A DNA stretch of 46,124 nt, from positions 1-46,124 of IMG/VR virus record IMGVR_UViG_3300037461_000393. One strand, given 5' to 3'. This DNA is from a virus (taxonomy: Duplodnaviria; Caudoviricetes). The notes beneath the pieces are model-generated. The model was not told where the DNA came from. It did no database searches and saw only the letters and a program-made list of their open reading frames with translations. Below, one piece after another: positions 7,855 to 17,800 of the stretch; positions within the stretch are counted from its first letter, which is position 1, and each line of letters opens with the position of its first letter. The position numbers and the translations under genes are program-made.

Positions 7855-8405
7855 TGCGGATACCCCTTATAGCAGGCTAGGAATTTGGCTCGTCTTTCGT
7901 CTGCAGCGAACGAAGCTGCTCGAACCATTTCTGCACTTTCGATGACCAGATCGTGGCCTTCGATGAGTAGCTCTGTGCTGTCGGCAAGTAAAGCACCAAG
8001 TCGTCCCCGTTCGGCCTGACAGGAGGCGAGGGAATCTTTGGCGCCTCGACCGGCGGCGAAGGAATCGATGCGCTGGCGCAGGCCGCGAGCATTGGAATCA
8101 AGGCGAGCGATACGAGAATTCGCTTCCACGATTTGACGGTTGAGATCAGAGTTTTCGGCGCTGACATTTTCGAACATCCTCCTGGCTTCATCCACAGCGG
8201 TTTGCATCTTAGCTTCGCGTTCGCGGAACTCCTCGGCCTGCTTGAGTGAAGCAGCAGTGGCCTTGGCCTTGGCCTCGGCGAACTCAGCCTTAGCAGTTTC
8301 CAGTTGGACACGATAGAAATTGCTTCCGATCTTGTAGCCGACGAGCCCGCCGGCCGCCAGAAGACCGGCAACGATCACTAGCCTGACAATCATGAACGGG
8401 CTCAT
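7851..8405 (-). CDS. Rz-like inner-membrane spanin
   Basis: N-terminal TM segment, long coiled coil, C-terminal Cys residues; next to endolysin. Confidence 0.8.
   Translation of the reverse strand: MSPFMIVRLVIVAGLLAAGGLVGYKIGSNFYRVQLETAKAEFAEAKAKATAASLKQAEEFREREAKMQTAVDEARRMFENVSAENSDLNRQIVEANSRIARLDSNARGLRQRIDSFAAGRGAKDSLASCQAERGRLGALLADSTELLIEGHDLVIESAEMVRAASFAADERRAKFLACYKGYPQ
7877..8167 (-). CDS. Rz1-like outer-membrane lipoprotein spanin embedded in Rz (96 aa)
   Basis: Alternate frame: MSAPKTLISTVKSWKRILVSLALIPMLAA-C lipobox, then Pro-rich SIPSPPVEAPKIPSPP; AGGAGG 10 nt upstream of ATG 8167. Confidence 0.8.
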   Translation of the reverse strand: MSAPKTLISTVKSWKRILVSLALIPMLAACASASIPSPPVEAPKIPSPPVRPNGDDLVLYLPTAQSYSSKATIWSSKVQKWFEQLRSLQTKDEPNS

Positions 8406-8740
8406 TGTGTTGCCCTCTGTTGCGGACCGTACCTAGGCGGCGGGTACGCATTCCTTTCCAGCGTATCGATGCGTCGGTCATGCTCCGAGTCTTTGGCAGC
8501 ACGCACGGCGCTTTCGTTGCTGAGCACTCCGATCTGCGCCTTGATGGACTCCTGAGTGAGCAGGATCTGCTGAACCGCCTTGACGGTATCCTCTTGCTGC
8601 CGGTAGAACTGGCCGCCGTAGAACACGAGCAGAAGCAGCTGCATGACCAAAACGGCGACCCCAGAAATAACGCCCCAGAGCGGGACCTCGCGGACGATTT
8701 GTATATCGTTGTCACTTTCTCGGTTTCGTTGGCTTGTCAT
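8402..8740 (-). CDS. Single-TM coiled-coil protein in lysis cassette (holin/antiholin-like)
   Basis: TM VPLWGVISGVAVLVMQLLLLVFYGG followed by heptads ending DRRIDTLE. Confidence 0.6.
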   Translation of the reverse strand: MTSQRNRESDNDIQIVREVPLWGVISGVAVLVMQLLLLVFYGGQFYRQQEDTVKAVQQILLTQESIKAQIGVLSNESAVRAAKDSEHDRRIDTLERNAYPPPRYGPQQRATQ

Positions 8741-9026
8741 TCACGGTTCCCGAAGATTTAGGTGGTTGGGTCAATCTGTTCTTTTCGCGCCAAGTCTCGA
8801 CGCCCCCGATAGCAGCCAGCGTGGTGGTCCCTGCCATCAGTTGCTCCCATGGAACGATCGGGGGAGCGGGGATCAAGATCCCGGTAAAAGTGCTGATAAT
8901 GGTCGATGCCCAGAACGCCAACGGCCAGAAAACCAATTGGTAGAAATAGGCGTGAAGAATGACGTACGCGACTGACCGCTTCCAGTCCTCAGGCGTGATC
9001 CGGGCTTTGATGAATTGCCAGATCAC
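8712..9026 (-). CDS. Putative holin (3TM gene-transfer holin-like)
   Basis: WKRSVAYV..Y....WP...PAPP.VPWEQLM...LAAIGG.ETW.EK; GTG start overlaps upstream TGA. Confidence 0.65.
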   Translation of the reverse strand: MIWQFIKARITPEDWKRSVAYVILHAYFYQLVFWPLAFWASTIISTFTGILIPAPPIVPWEQLMAGTTTLAAIGGVETWREKNRLTQPPKSSGTVNDKPTKPRK

Positions 9027-9187
9027 AACGCCCACCAGAGAAGGAGCGCCGAGATCACGACCAACGCGATAACGGTTCCCCACAGACCGACCATCAGAAA
9101 CACCATCTGGGTTTCAGGCCGAAGAGTCGCGGTAAATGCCCCTGTCTTTGCCAAAGTCCAGCGAACGGCTTTTTTCAAAGTTTCCAT
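9023..9187 (-). CDS. Small membrane protein (54 aa)
   Basis: Hand-translated METLKKAVRW...MVFLMVGLWGTVIALVVISALLLWWAL; TAATG and GTGA coupling. Confidence 0.65.
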   Translation of the reverse strand: METLKKAVRWTLAKTGAFTATLRPETQMVFLMVGLWGTVIALVVISALLLWWAL

Positions 9188-9807
9188 TACATCGTCCTTT
9201 TGGTTCGGATGGAAAAGATTCGACGCCCATCCATGTTGGGATGGAACGCCGGCCGGGGGGCCAGAGGCTCGCCACGGAGTAACCTGCTCGCGTTTTCCTC
9301 CGCCCCGTCAAACATCGGCTGAACCCGGTAGCCAGTGATTATGATGAAGGGACCGTATCTGCGCTGCGTTTCCCACAGCCACGTACCATCCGGCTGTCGC
9401 AGAAGGTACTGCAACTCCTTGCCCGAGATCTTGCGCCGGAACAAAAGCTTGTGATACTGGATCTCGGGGTTCTTGAGCCACTCGGGCTTCTGCATGTACG
9501 CGAGTGCATAGCCCCCGTTGCGCCAAGCCAGCCAGTACACGTCACCGAGCCATCGGCCAAATGAAGGATGGATTCTGGACCCGATGGCATACACCTTCAT
9601 CGCCGTGGCTTCCTTGCTGGCAGTGGGGGTGGTCCCGCTGCCAAACGGGCTGACCTTGTCATCCGGGGTGAGCACCCATTCCGGGTAGTTGCCCCGGAAC
9701 GAATACGCCAGCACCGCGATTTTCAGCAAAAGCTTGATGGGCAGATGAAACCACCTGAGCAGGCGGTGCTTGAAAGGTGGTTTGTAGTAGGTGATTTCGT
9801 CGGTCAC
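9187..9807 (-). CDS. Hypothetical protein with YWLAWRN motif
   Basis: Coupled to both neighbours; W-L-x-TPD and WLAWRN pattern common next to phage tail/lysis genes. Confidence 0.65.
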   Translation of the reverse strand: MTDEITYYKPPFKHRLLRWFHLPIKLLLKIAVLAYSFRGNYPEWVLTPDDKVSPFGSGTTPTASKEATAMKVYAIGSRIHPSFGRWLGDVYWLAWRNGGYALAYMQKPEWLKNPEIQYHKLLFRRKISGKELQYLLRQPDGTWLWETQRRYGPFIIITGYRVQPMFDGAEENASRLLRGEPLAPRPAFHPNMDGRRIFSIRTKRTM

Positions 9808-10556
9808 GGCGGTGGATACCCATCAGGAAAAAAGGATACACGAGTCCAGACTTTGAATAAATTGACGCCGGAGTGCGACTGGTATGCCCGTCCACCGTAC
9901 ACACGTAATTGCGTCGCCTGATCGACCCTCACGGGCGTCGAAGTAAAACTGGTGATATATGTCGAGGCGACGCCAAGGTTGGTGCCGATTACCGTGTTGG
10001 CAGTAAAAGTGAACCGCATCAGCAGTTGCGCGTACGGAGGGCTACCGCCGGGGGCGCCCACTTCAACGGCCGCACCGTTGTCGATGGTGACGTAAGCCCT
10101 GTTGCCGTATCCGGCAGTGCCGCCCACGCTCTTGTCCCCAGTGACTTCAAAAGCGAAAACGTTATCGTCGTTCGCGTCAAGAAGTTGCCACGCAAGAGAA
10201 GTGTAGTCCTCCGCCATGTCAAATTCGTACGCGGTGCACTCGATCATCGTATTGACACCGAGCGCAAATGGCACCGTTCGATCGTAGGTGGCACTCCGTC
10301 TGTCAAAATCCAGGACACCGGATCTTGCCCACCCGTACACCAGATCTGGCGGGGCGTTGCCGTAATGCTTTATCTGCGCAGCAGTTGGGGTTTCCCCGGA
10401 CCCGAAAGGGGGGTACGGATTGTAGAAATCAAAAGTGGAATCAGCGCCGGCCCTTGAATCGATGCTGAGGCTCATCAACGCACCGTAATACGCCCACGGC
10501 TCCGGACCGCCGGCAACCCGACGATGCCACCAACCCGGCTGGCGGAGGATCGTCAT
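9804..10556 (-). CDS. Putative receptor-binding / distal tail protein
   Basis: Beta-rich, aromatic, G/T/S-rich; last of the small tail gene run; ATGA overlap. Confidence 0.55.
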   Translation of the reverse strand: MTILRQPGWWHRRVAGGPEPWAYYGALMSLSIDSRAGADSTFDFYNPYPPFGSGETPTAAQIKHYGNAPPDLVYGWARSGVLDFDRRSATYDRTVPFALGVNTMIECTAYEFDMAEDYTSLAWQLLDANDDNVFAFEVTGDKSVGGTAGYGNRAYVTIDNGAAVEVGAPGGSPPYAQLLMRFTFTANTVIGTNLGVASTYITSFTSTPVRVDQATQLRVYGGRAYQSHSGVNLFKVWTRVSFFPDGYPPP

Positions 10557-10921
10557 TCGCAGTCCCCGCAGATGAGCCACTCGTTGGTCATCTGGTTTAC
10601 CAAGATGATGTTGATAGGCGAATAGATAACCCTGGTTTTAGCCGTCGAGGCATAGCGCAGCGTGGCACCGTTCGCGGTAGTGACCGTAACTTGACTGGCA
10701 CCCCATTGCGCGATATGCACTGAGTCGCCAAGTTCGAACCCCCTGCCGATTTCGATGCTGACAGCCGTAGGGGTGTCGACCATCAGCAACTCATCCACGT
10801 TGCCGGGGTGGATGGTGATGGTCGCGGCCGTATACGGTACGAACCGGGGGCGCAGCTTCGGGAACGCCTGCCCCGGCGGCAGCAAGTTGTGGGTGAACCC
10901 ACGATGAAGACCGAAGTTCAT
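10553..10921 (-). CDS. Tail-fibre-associated beta-sandwich protein
   Basis: G..VHIAQWGASQVT...KTRVIYS...EWLICGD pattern typical of fibre C-terminal modules. Confidence 0.65.
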   Translation of the reverse strand: MNFGLHRGFTHNLLPPGQAFPKLRPRFVPYTAATITIHPGNVDELLMVDTPTAVSIEIGRGFELGDSVHIAQWGASQVTVTTANGATLRYASTAKTRVIYSPINIILVNQMTNEWLICGDCE

Positions 10922-11316
10922 CAGAAGTCCCCAGCCTGAGACACGTGCGCCGCCCAAGCGTCAGCCGTGGTGCACGCGAAGCCGATCTCAGCGAACGGCG
11001 TCAGGATGATTCCGAGATTGCTTACCCCGAACCCGGTGGGGTGGACGGTGGCGCTTGTGGTGACCGCTGCGTAGTTCCAACCGAAGATAAAGCGCCACGT
11101 GTCTTCCGGAGTCTTCCGGAAAAAGAAGGAAATCACGCCGGCATCGGTATCGCCTTGCGCCTGCCAGCCGATGGCATCAACCCTCGAGCCATTGTCACCG
11201 GCAGTGAACAACGTAGTGATGTCCCCCGTGCCATCGTAGCTCGTGTTAGCCATGTCCGGCCCGTGAACCGCGATTTCGTAGCGCGGGGAATTGCCGTATT
11301 CTGCACGCTGACCCAT
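10921..11316 (-). CDS. Virion/tail accessory protein
   Basis: ANTSYDGTG.ITTLFTAG.NGSRVD; RBS AAGGAG; lies in tail module. Confidence 0.65.
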   Translation of the reverse strand: MGQRAEYGNSPRYEIAVHGPDMANTSYDGTGDITTLFTAGDNGSRVDAIGWQAQGDTDAGVISFFFRKTPEDTWRFIFGWNYAAVTTSATVHPTGFGVSNLGIILTPFAEIGFACTTADAWAAHVSQAGDF

Positions 11317-11326
11317 GTCGTTCTCC

Positions 11327-11869
11327 TTACTTGATGCCGTATGCTTGCAACAGGAAATCCGGCACCCCCTCCGACCCGTCGGCAGGGGGATAGTTCACGA
11401 TAGCGGTGCCGGTCGAATTCCACCCGAGCAGCCAGTACGGAATCGGCTCAGGCAGGAAGTTGTCGAAATCATCGTCGTCGCCCCATCCCTCCGGCCACTG
11501 CAGCGCCCGATCAAGGCCGTCCTGCAATTGCTGGTCAATCATGATGTTGCGATCAACTTCGTCTTCAGTGGTATCGGGGAAGTAACCGCCCTGATTGCGT
11601 AAATCAGTTTCTTGGATCAACGGCAGCACGCGCCGGATGGTGATCCGGGACCCTTCCGGCGGGGCACCGAACTTGAAGGTAACGGTGCCTCCATCCGGAT
11701 TCCCGACTCCGGTGACGTCGTAGTAGGACGGCGGATAAATGGTGCTGACCCCGTTGTATCTCACGATTACACGGAGGTGCAGCAAATCGAAGACTTTGTA
11801 GGTGTAATCAAAAACGTCAAGAACCCCGTCCCCGGTGTAGTCAACGCGATGAACTGGACCGATCGTCAT
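11327..11869 (-). CDS. Tail fibre adaptor (T7 gp17 N-terminal-like domain only)
   Basis: YTGDG...FDYTYKVF...DYDVTGVG...GGTVTF..AP..G.RITIRR..P..QETDL; follows large ejection protein. Confidence 0.8.
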   Translation of the reverse strand: MTIGPVHRVDYTGDGVLDVFDYTYKVFDLLHLRVIVRYNGVSTIYPPSYYDVTGVGNPDGGTVTFKFGAPPEGSRITIRRVLPLIQETDLRNQGGYFPDTTEDEVDRNIMIDQQLQDGLDRALQWPEGWGDDDDFDNFLPEPIPYWLLGWNSTGTAIVNYPPADGSEGVPDFLLQAYGIK

Positions 11870-14800
11870 TTGGATTCCCTCGGCGGACCGAACAACAAAG
11901 CGCTGGGTGATGCATCGCCCTCACTCATGGCCACGTACCCATCAAGAGTCCGTTGCACCTGACCCGCTGGGTAGTGGAACAAGATGCCGGCAGCCTGATT
12001 CACGGTTTTCAACATTTGTGCGTCATACTGGTCTTCCTGGGCACGCTGGATGACTTTGACAGCCTCGCTGTAGAAGCGGGTTCCGGTAGGGCCGGAGTAC
12101 CCATAGAAACCTTGTACCACGCTGGAGAACTCGCGGAACCCAACCATGGAACCGAGAATGTACCCCGCTTGCTCAGCTGCAAGTTTGCCCACCAGATCAT
12201 CCTCTTCGTCTCCACGGAGCCCTTCCTTGATGAGAAACCCGAGAACCGCTGGGACTGTGTACAGAAGCAACAGGTCCACGGCAAGACGACCGATTGACAG
12301 GGGATCCTTGATTTCGGTTCGCCGAATGGATTCAGCGGTGAGGTTGTAGGTCACGTTGAAGTAGCTGTAGAAATTGGTCCACATCTTCATCAAGGGGCCG
12401 CCGCGCTGGATCTGCGCCATGTCCTTAACCTGACCGCCGCCCTGAGAGTCTAACACAGCCTGATCCGCTAACGCAATGGCTGTCGACTCCTCTGCCCCTA
12501 TGGCCATCTGCTTTTCGTACATCCCCAGCCACGTCGGCAGGTCGGCGATCGTCTGAAATTTCATGATCAGCCAGAAATATGTATCGGCAACGGCGCTCAT
12601 GCTGGTCTGGCCACGAACCGTGTTCCGGATTTCGTTAATCTCACGGTTGTATGTGTTGAACCGGTTGTGCATGAACTCCGACTTGGCATGCACCCACTTG
12701 ACGGTATTTTCCATCCGGACCGCCCCCCCGAGCAACCGGCTCACGCCCTTGAACACCCACGGAGCGCCGATCCGCACGATGGACTGCGACAGACCGAGTG
12801 GCTGCAGGAGCGCCGTCGACAGGTTCCACCCCATGGCGGCAACGCTGACCCCGTGGCGCAGCCACGTTACGCTCTTTTCAAAAGCGGTGTCAGCGGGGAT
12901 TTCGCCGGCCGCCGTATCGGTGATCGCGTCTTGGATCTGTTTGTAGACGATATCACCATAATTCTCGATAATGGCCTTCTGGATCTGCCGACTGCCGAGA
13001 ATCTTGTTCATGTCGATCAGCGTCTCATGGAACGACAGATCGTGGATCACCTGATGCACATGCTCGAAAATCACACCGAAGTCAAGGCGCACGGGCATCT
13101 TCACACCTTCGACACGCGTCTTGGTGTGGCCGCGCTTGGTGGTGGCACGCGTGTACGCGCCCCGCATGGCCATGTCGGCTGCTTCCTTGGCCCGGTCCCC
13201 GTACGCCTGCGGCGACAGGCGATCCTCGTACTTCAGTGGGAAGTAACCGCCGCGCATCTCGCCGAATTTTGTCGTGACCGGACGGGATTCGACCTTCGGC
13301 GGGGCGATGCCGTTGACCCGTTTTTCCTTCGCCTCGACCGCAGGCCAGTACGAATTGAGATGGTCCCAGACCCCCTGCACAAACTTCCAGTCTTCGGCCG
13401 TCAGGTCGTCGACGATCGCCTGTACCTGATCATCGTTCCACCCGTACCCATTCTTCAGTTTCTCGTAGTTGTCATCGGTGCCCATGTTCAGGGCAACCAG
13501 CAACCGTTCCATCTTTGAGAAGGACATCCCAACGGCTGAGATGAACGTCTTGGCATACATGCCCTGCGAGATCAGGCCAAGAGTCAACGTGGTCCCTGCG
13601 GACTTCAAAGCCTCACCGGCCGTCATGTACGGAGCAAACACCTTCTGCAGCGCTTGCCCCGCCTTGTGGATCGCCGTGGCTTCGTTATCTGATGCCTCGT
13701 TGATGGGGCGGATGATGTACTGCCAGAACGGACCGCCGTCCTTGAACCCGTCGAACTGACGCGCGTAAGAGGCCAGCTTGCGGTGAGCGGCAAAGAACGC
13801 ATCGGCGAAACGCTTGAGTTCCCCCTGCGGCAGACGAAGGCCGGTCTTCTCCGGGGTGGAGTGGGACTTGTTGGACCGGATCGACGCGTCCAGATCATCG
13901 AGAACGGCCTGCAGGTCGCGCTTGCCCTTGGACTTCAAAAGCTTGTTCTTCAGCTTCGACATATGTTCGATGTGGTGCAGGGCGTCCGAAACCCCCTGCA
14001 GCTGCTCGTACGTCATATCCTTGTATGAAGTGCGGAACGCCGCGTCAAGCAGACGTTCGTCTATATCCACTTCGACCCCGGCCCGACGCTGATTGTCGAC
14101 CCAATCGCGAAGATTGGACCGGCGATCAAGCTCGCGATTGGTAACCGGTGCGAAGCTAAAACGCTCCAGCAGAGCGTCCACTTGCTCAAGGTACTGGTCG
14201 CCGGCACGCCCGAGCCGCTGCCGTACCGTCTTGCTGGTCAAGCTGGCCGCGTATTCGACCGTCTGATCGACGAACTCACGCGCCTTGGTCGCCTCCCGAT
14301 ACAGCTCCAGATTGAACAGCTCCTGCTGCTTGAGGTACGCAGCCTCTTGGAAATTGTTCTTGGCCGCTTCGTCGACTGCCTTGGTTCCGGCCTTGCGGGC
14401 CGCGACGAGGAACTGGTGTGGAGTGATTGACCGCACGGGCATAGCCGCGATCCGGGCCTTGGCCAGCCGCTGGAAAGTCTCTAGCGGCGGAATGCCGCGA
14501 ACCGTCGCTAGCCCCTGCGTAGTCTCGGCCTGCTGGCGATTACGCTCTTCCTGAACGAAGGGGGCCACCTTGTTGCGAAGCGCCGTCAGCGCCTTCAATT
14601 CGGCGTGTAGTACCTTCGCGTGATCGGTGTTGGCGATGGCCGCACGCGCCTGCTCGTGCAGGGTTCCATCGGTCAGCGCGTCCCCGTATCGCTCTTTCAT
14701 GATCCGGTCCGTCTCCTGCTCGACCCGGTCCTTGTAGTTGCGAATCGCGAGCATGGACTTGACCAGATGATCCCCGGACTGGAAGCCAAGGATCTGCGCG

Positions 14801-17800
14801 GCGATGTTCGGGTGCGTGCCGCCCTCGCCACGGACCATATTCATCGAACGCATGGCACGGAACGTCTCTGAGTCCCGGCCGTACATCTGCCCGATCTCAT
14901 GGATGTCAAGCTTGATGCGCTGTGGCTCAGGTAGCTCATTTCCTTCCGGGTCCCGGCCGAGTCGTAGCAGGTTGTAGGCGACCACGTCCGGGCGGGCGTT
15001 GTAGTCTTCGCGAACTTCCTCGCGGACGATGCGCCGCTGCTCCTTCCACCACTGCTCCTGATAACGCTTGAACTGGAGCATCAATCGGGTCTGTAGCTCT
15101 TCGGTGGCCGTCTGATTGGCCTTAGCAACGGTTTCGCGGTAACGTTCGAATTCCTCAGGCCGCATGCCCGCCTGTTCCGCCGACATGAAGATCTGGTCCA
15201 CCTGACCCTCACGCCGTGCCGCTTCGATCTCGGCATCGGTCGCGAACATCCGGTCCATGACTTCACGGATCTCATCGTTGAGTTTCACGTCGAGGCTGGT
15301 CAGCTTCCTGTACAGGGCGAGCAGCCACGTGCGGAACCGGGCGAACGCAGTGCGCAGGCCGGCGTTCGGAGCCTTACCTTCCATGAAGTACGCTTCAATC
15401 CCACGCGCGAACTTCTCGTGATGCTCGACCTGAATCCGATCGGCCGACTCTACCCCCATCCACTTCAAAATCACACCGAGATCCTTGGCCACCGCTGGGG
15501 AGTCCTTGGCCATATTCTTCATGATCTCAAGGTACAGGTGCCCCGACTCGTGCAAAAAAGTTGACAAGTCCGCGTTCTCGAAGAGCTGAATGTCGTACTC
15601 GTAGTCGCCGTACTTCAACAGCTTGCCGCGTGTGCCCTCCTTCTGCTCGTAGCCAGTGATCTCAATCAGGTCGTCGGCAAACACGACCATGGCCGGTCCG
15701 TCCGTGCCGCCGACGTAATTCAGGCCCTTGATGCCGTTAGCCAGCAGGTAGCGACTCGCGGTTTCCTCAGGCGACATCGACGGCACACCGTTAAATGTTC
15801 CTACTTCAGCGATCTCGCGGATACGGCCCGTAAGATTGTTTTGGTCCTCCGGCGTGAGCACCGTCAGATCAATCTTGATAGGACGGTTCAGATTGATTGA
15901 ACGTTGATCACCCTCCTCGGGGTCAAGTGATCGTTCGGTGCCATGGTCAATCCCGGCATTCATCATCAACCGCACTTCGTTCCCAAAAATGTGACCGACA
16001 GTTTCTTCGTCAAGCACACGTTCGTAAATGACCTTGCTATTGGGGCCGGTGGCTTTAACCATATAGACATGTTCATCCATGGTGCCGAGCACCCCACCGT
16101 GCGCATAAATCAAATCGTTTACGTGCTTGCCGTTTAAAGCGCGCTGTGCCAGCACGATCTCGTCCGCGACACCTTTCATGGGGTCGCGCCAAGCCGACTT
16201 AAACGGCCAATTACCCGGCTCAATCTCATACGCGATGAGATCGTCTCCGTCCTTGATCGGCCTTCCTTCAAGGTTGAGCATTCGCTGCGCGATTTCGGCA
16301 GGGAACAGGTATTTCAAATCGTTGACGTCGAGACGCCCGTGCCACGCGTTGCGCTGGTCACCATCGGGCGTCGACGTCAGGATGTTCACATAAAACTTGC
16401 CGTTATCGTTTGCCTCTTCGTAATTGATGGTTTTGATGCGTTCACCCTTTAACGAATCCTCCGCTGACCGCGCCTCAAGAGAGGCCGTTGCACGGCTCAT
16501 CGAACGATAGCGCGGGTTCTTCAACTCCCGGACGATGGCCTTGTACAAGTCACGCCCGGTTTCGATATCGTGGGTAACCATCAGGTCCTGCATTTCCTTG
16601 GTCTGCAGGAGCTTCCACACCAGTTCATTCTGCTGATCGTTAGGGTACAGGGACTCCTCGATTCTCTGCTGGCGTTGAGCGCGGCGATGATTGAAGCTGC
16701 CGACCCATAACGCCATCTCACTCAAACGAGCATCAGACACGCCAATGACCCGATCCATGTCTTTGCCCCACAACAGCTTGGCGTGTACTTCAGCGCCGTC
16801 ACCCTCGAACACGTGCACGGCTTGCGGATATAGTTGCCCCCACTCAGCCATCTTGGCCTGGAATTCCTCATCGAGGTCCTTTGTGGTCTGGTTTTGTTCG
16901 ATCTTCGTCCACGCGTCAGCCATTCGCTGCTGAGCGGCGGTTACCGGCTCCCCCTTCTGGATTCGCTCAAGAACCACGATGATGTTCATGATCTTGACGT
17001 AATCCAGGTCGGTATCACCAGCCGACATCGCTTCCATCCACACATCAGACGATGCCGTATCGTACTCCTTGCGCAGACGACTCATTTCAGTCTCGCCCCA
17101 CGGCTGCTCCCAATTCGGGAGGGAAGCCTCAAGGTCGAGCATCTCGTTGTCTTCCGCGAGAACATTGACTTCATACAGGCGACCGGTGTTGATGACCTTG
17201 GGATCCGGCTGAGCCAGCACCGTTTCCAGCAACGTAACACCCTCGGTAAGAAAGTCCACCCGGTTCAAAGCTCGTTCGACTCCCGGACCCAATTTACCGG
17301 AGATTTTAGATATCTGATCTCGACTGCTAATCCCCACCAATTTCATCTCATTGGTCAAGGTCTGCTCAGCCGTGCGCAACCGATCTTTCATGCGGGACAG
17401 CTTGTCCTCCACCAGCTCGCGCCGCTCGGCGGAAGTCTTGGCGCGCGTCAAGGCGTCGAGCCACGTGTTGTCTTCCAATACAGAAGGGATCGAGTTCCCA
17501 TAACCCGCTTCCTGCAGACCACTAAGGGTGCGTTGTCCGTGCCGTTGCTTGTAGCCCGCCGCCGTCTGCTTGATCTTCGCGAAATACAAGCCCCACCCGT
17601 GCACCTGCGCGCCTTCGCCGATGCCGATCTTGCTGATGTCGAACTTCTCGAATATGTGGCCAGAGCCGTGCCACGCGGGTTGGTCGAGCGTAAGCTCGGG
17701 GAACTTGAACCCTTCCGTGGGCAGCTGGTGTGCACTGGCGCCAGTGAATGGACCGGGGGCCTGTTCCAGCTTAGTCGCTCCCGCGTTCTTGAGAAACGAC

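Noticed and set aside
9804-11869. Diversity-generating retroelement, given the BPP-1-like head genes
   Set aside because: No reverse transcriptase ORF, and no TR/VR repeat pair noticed
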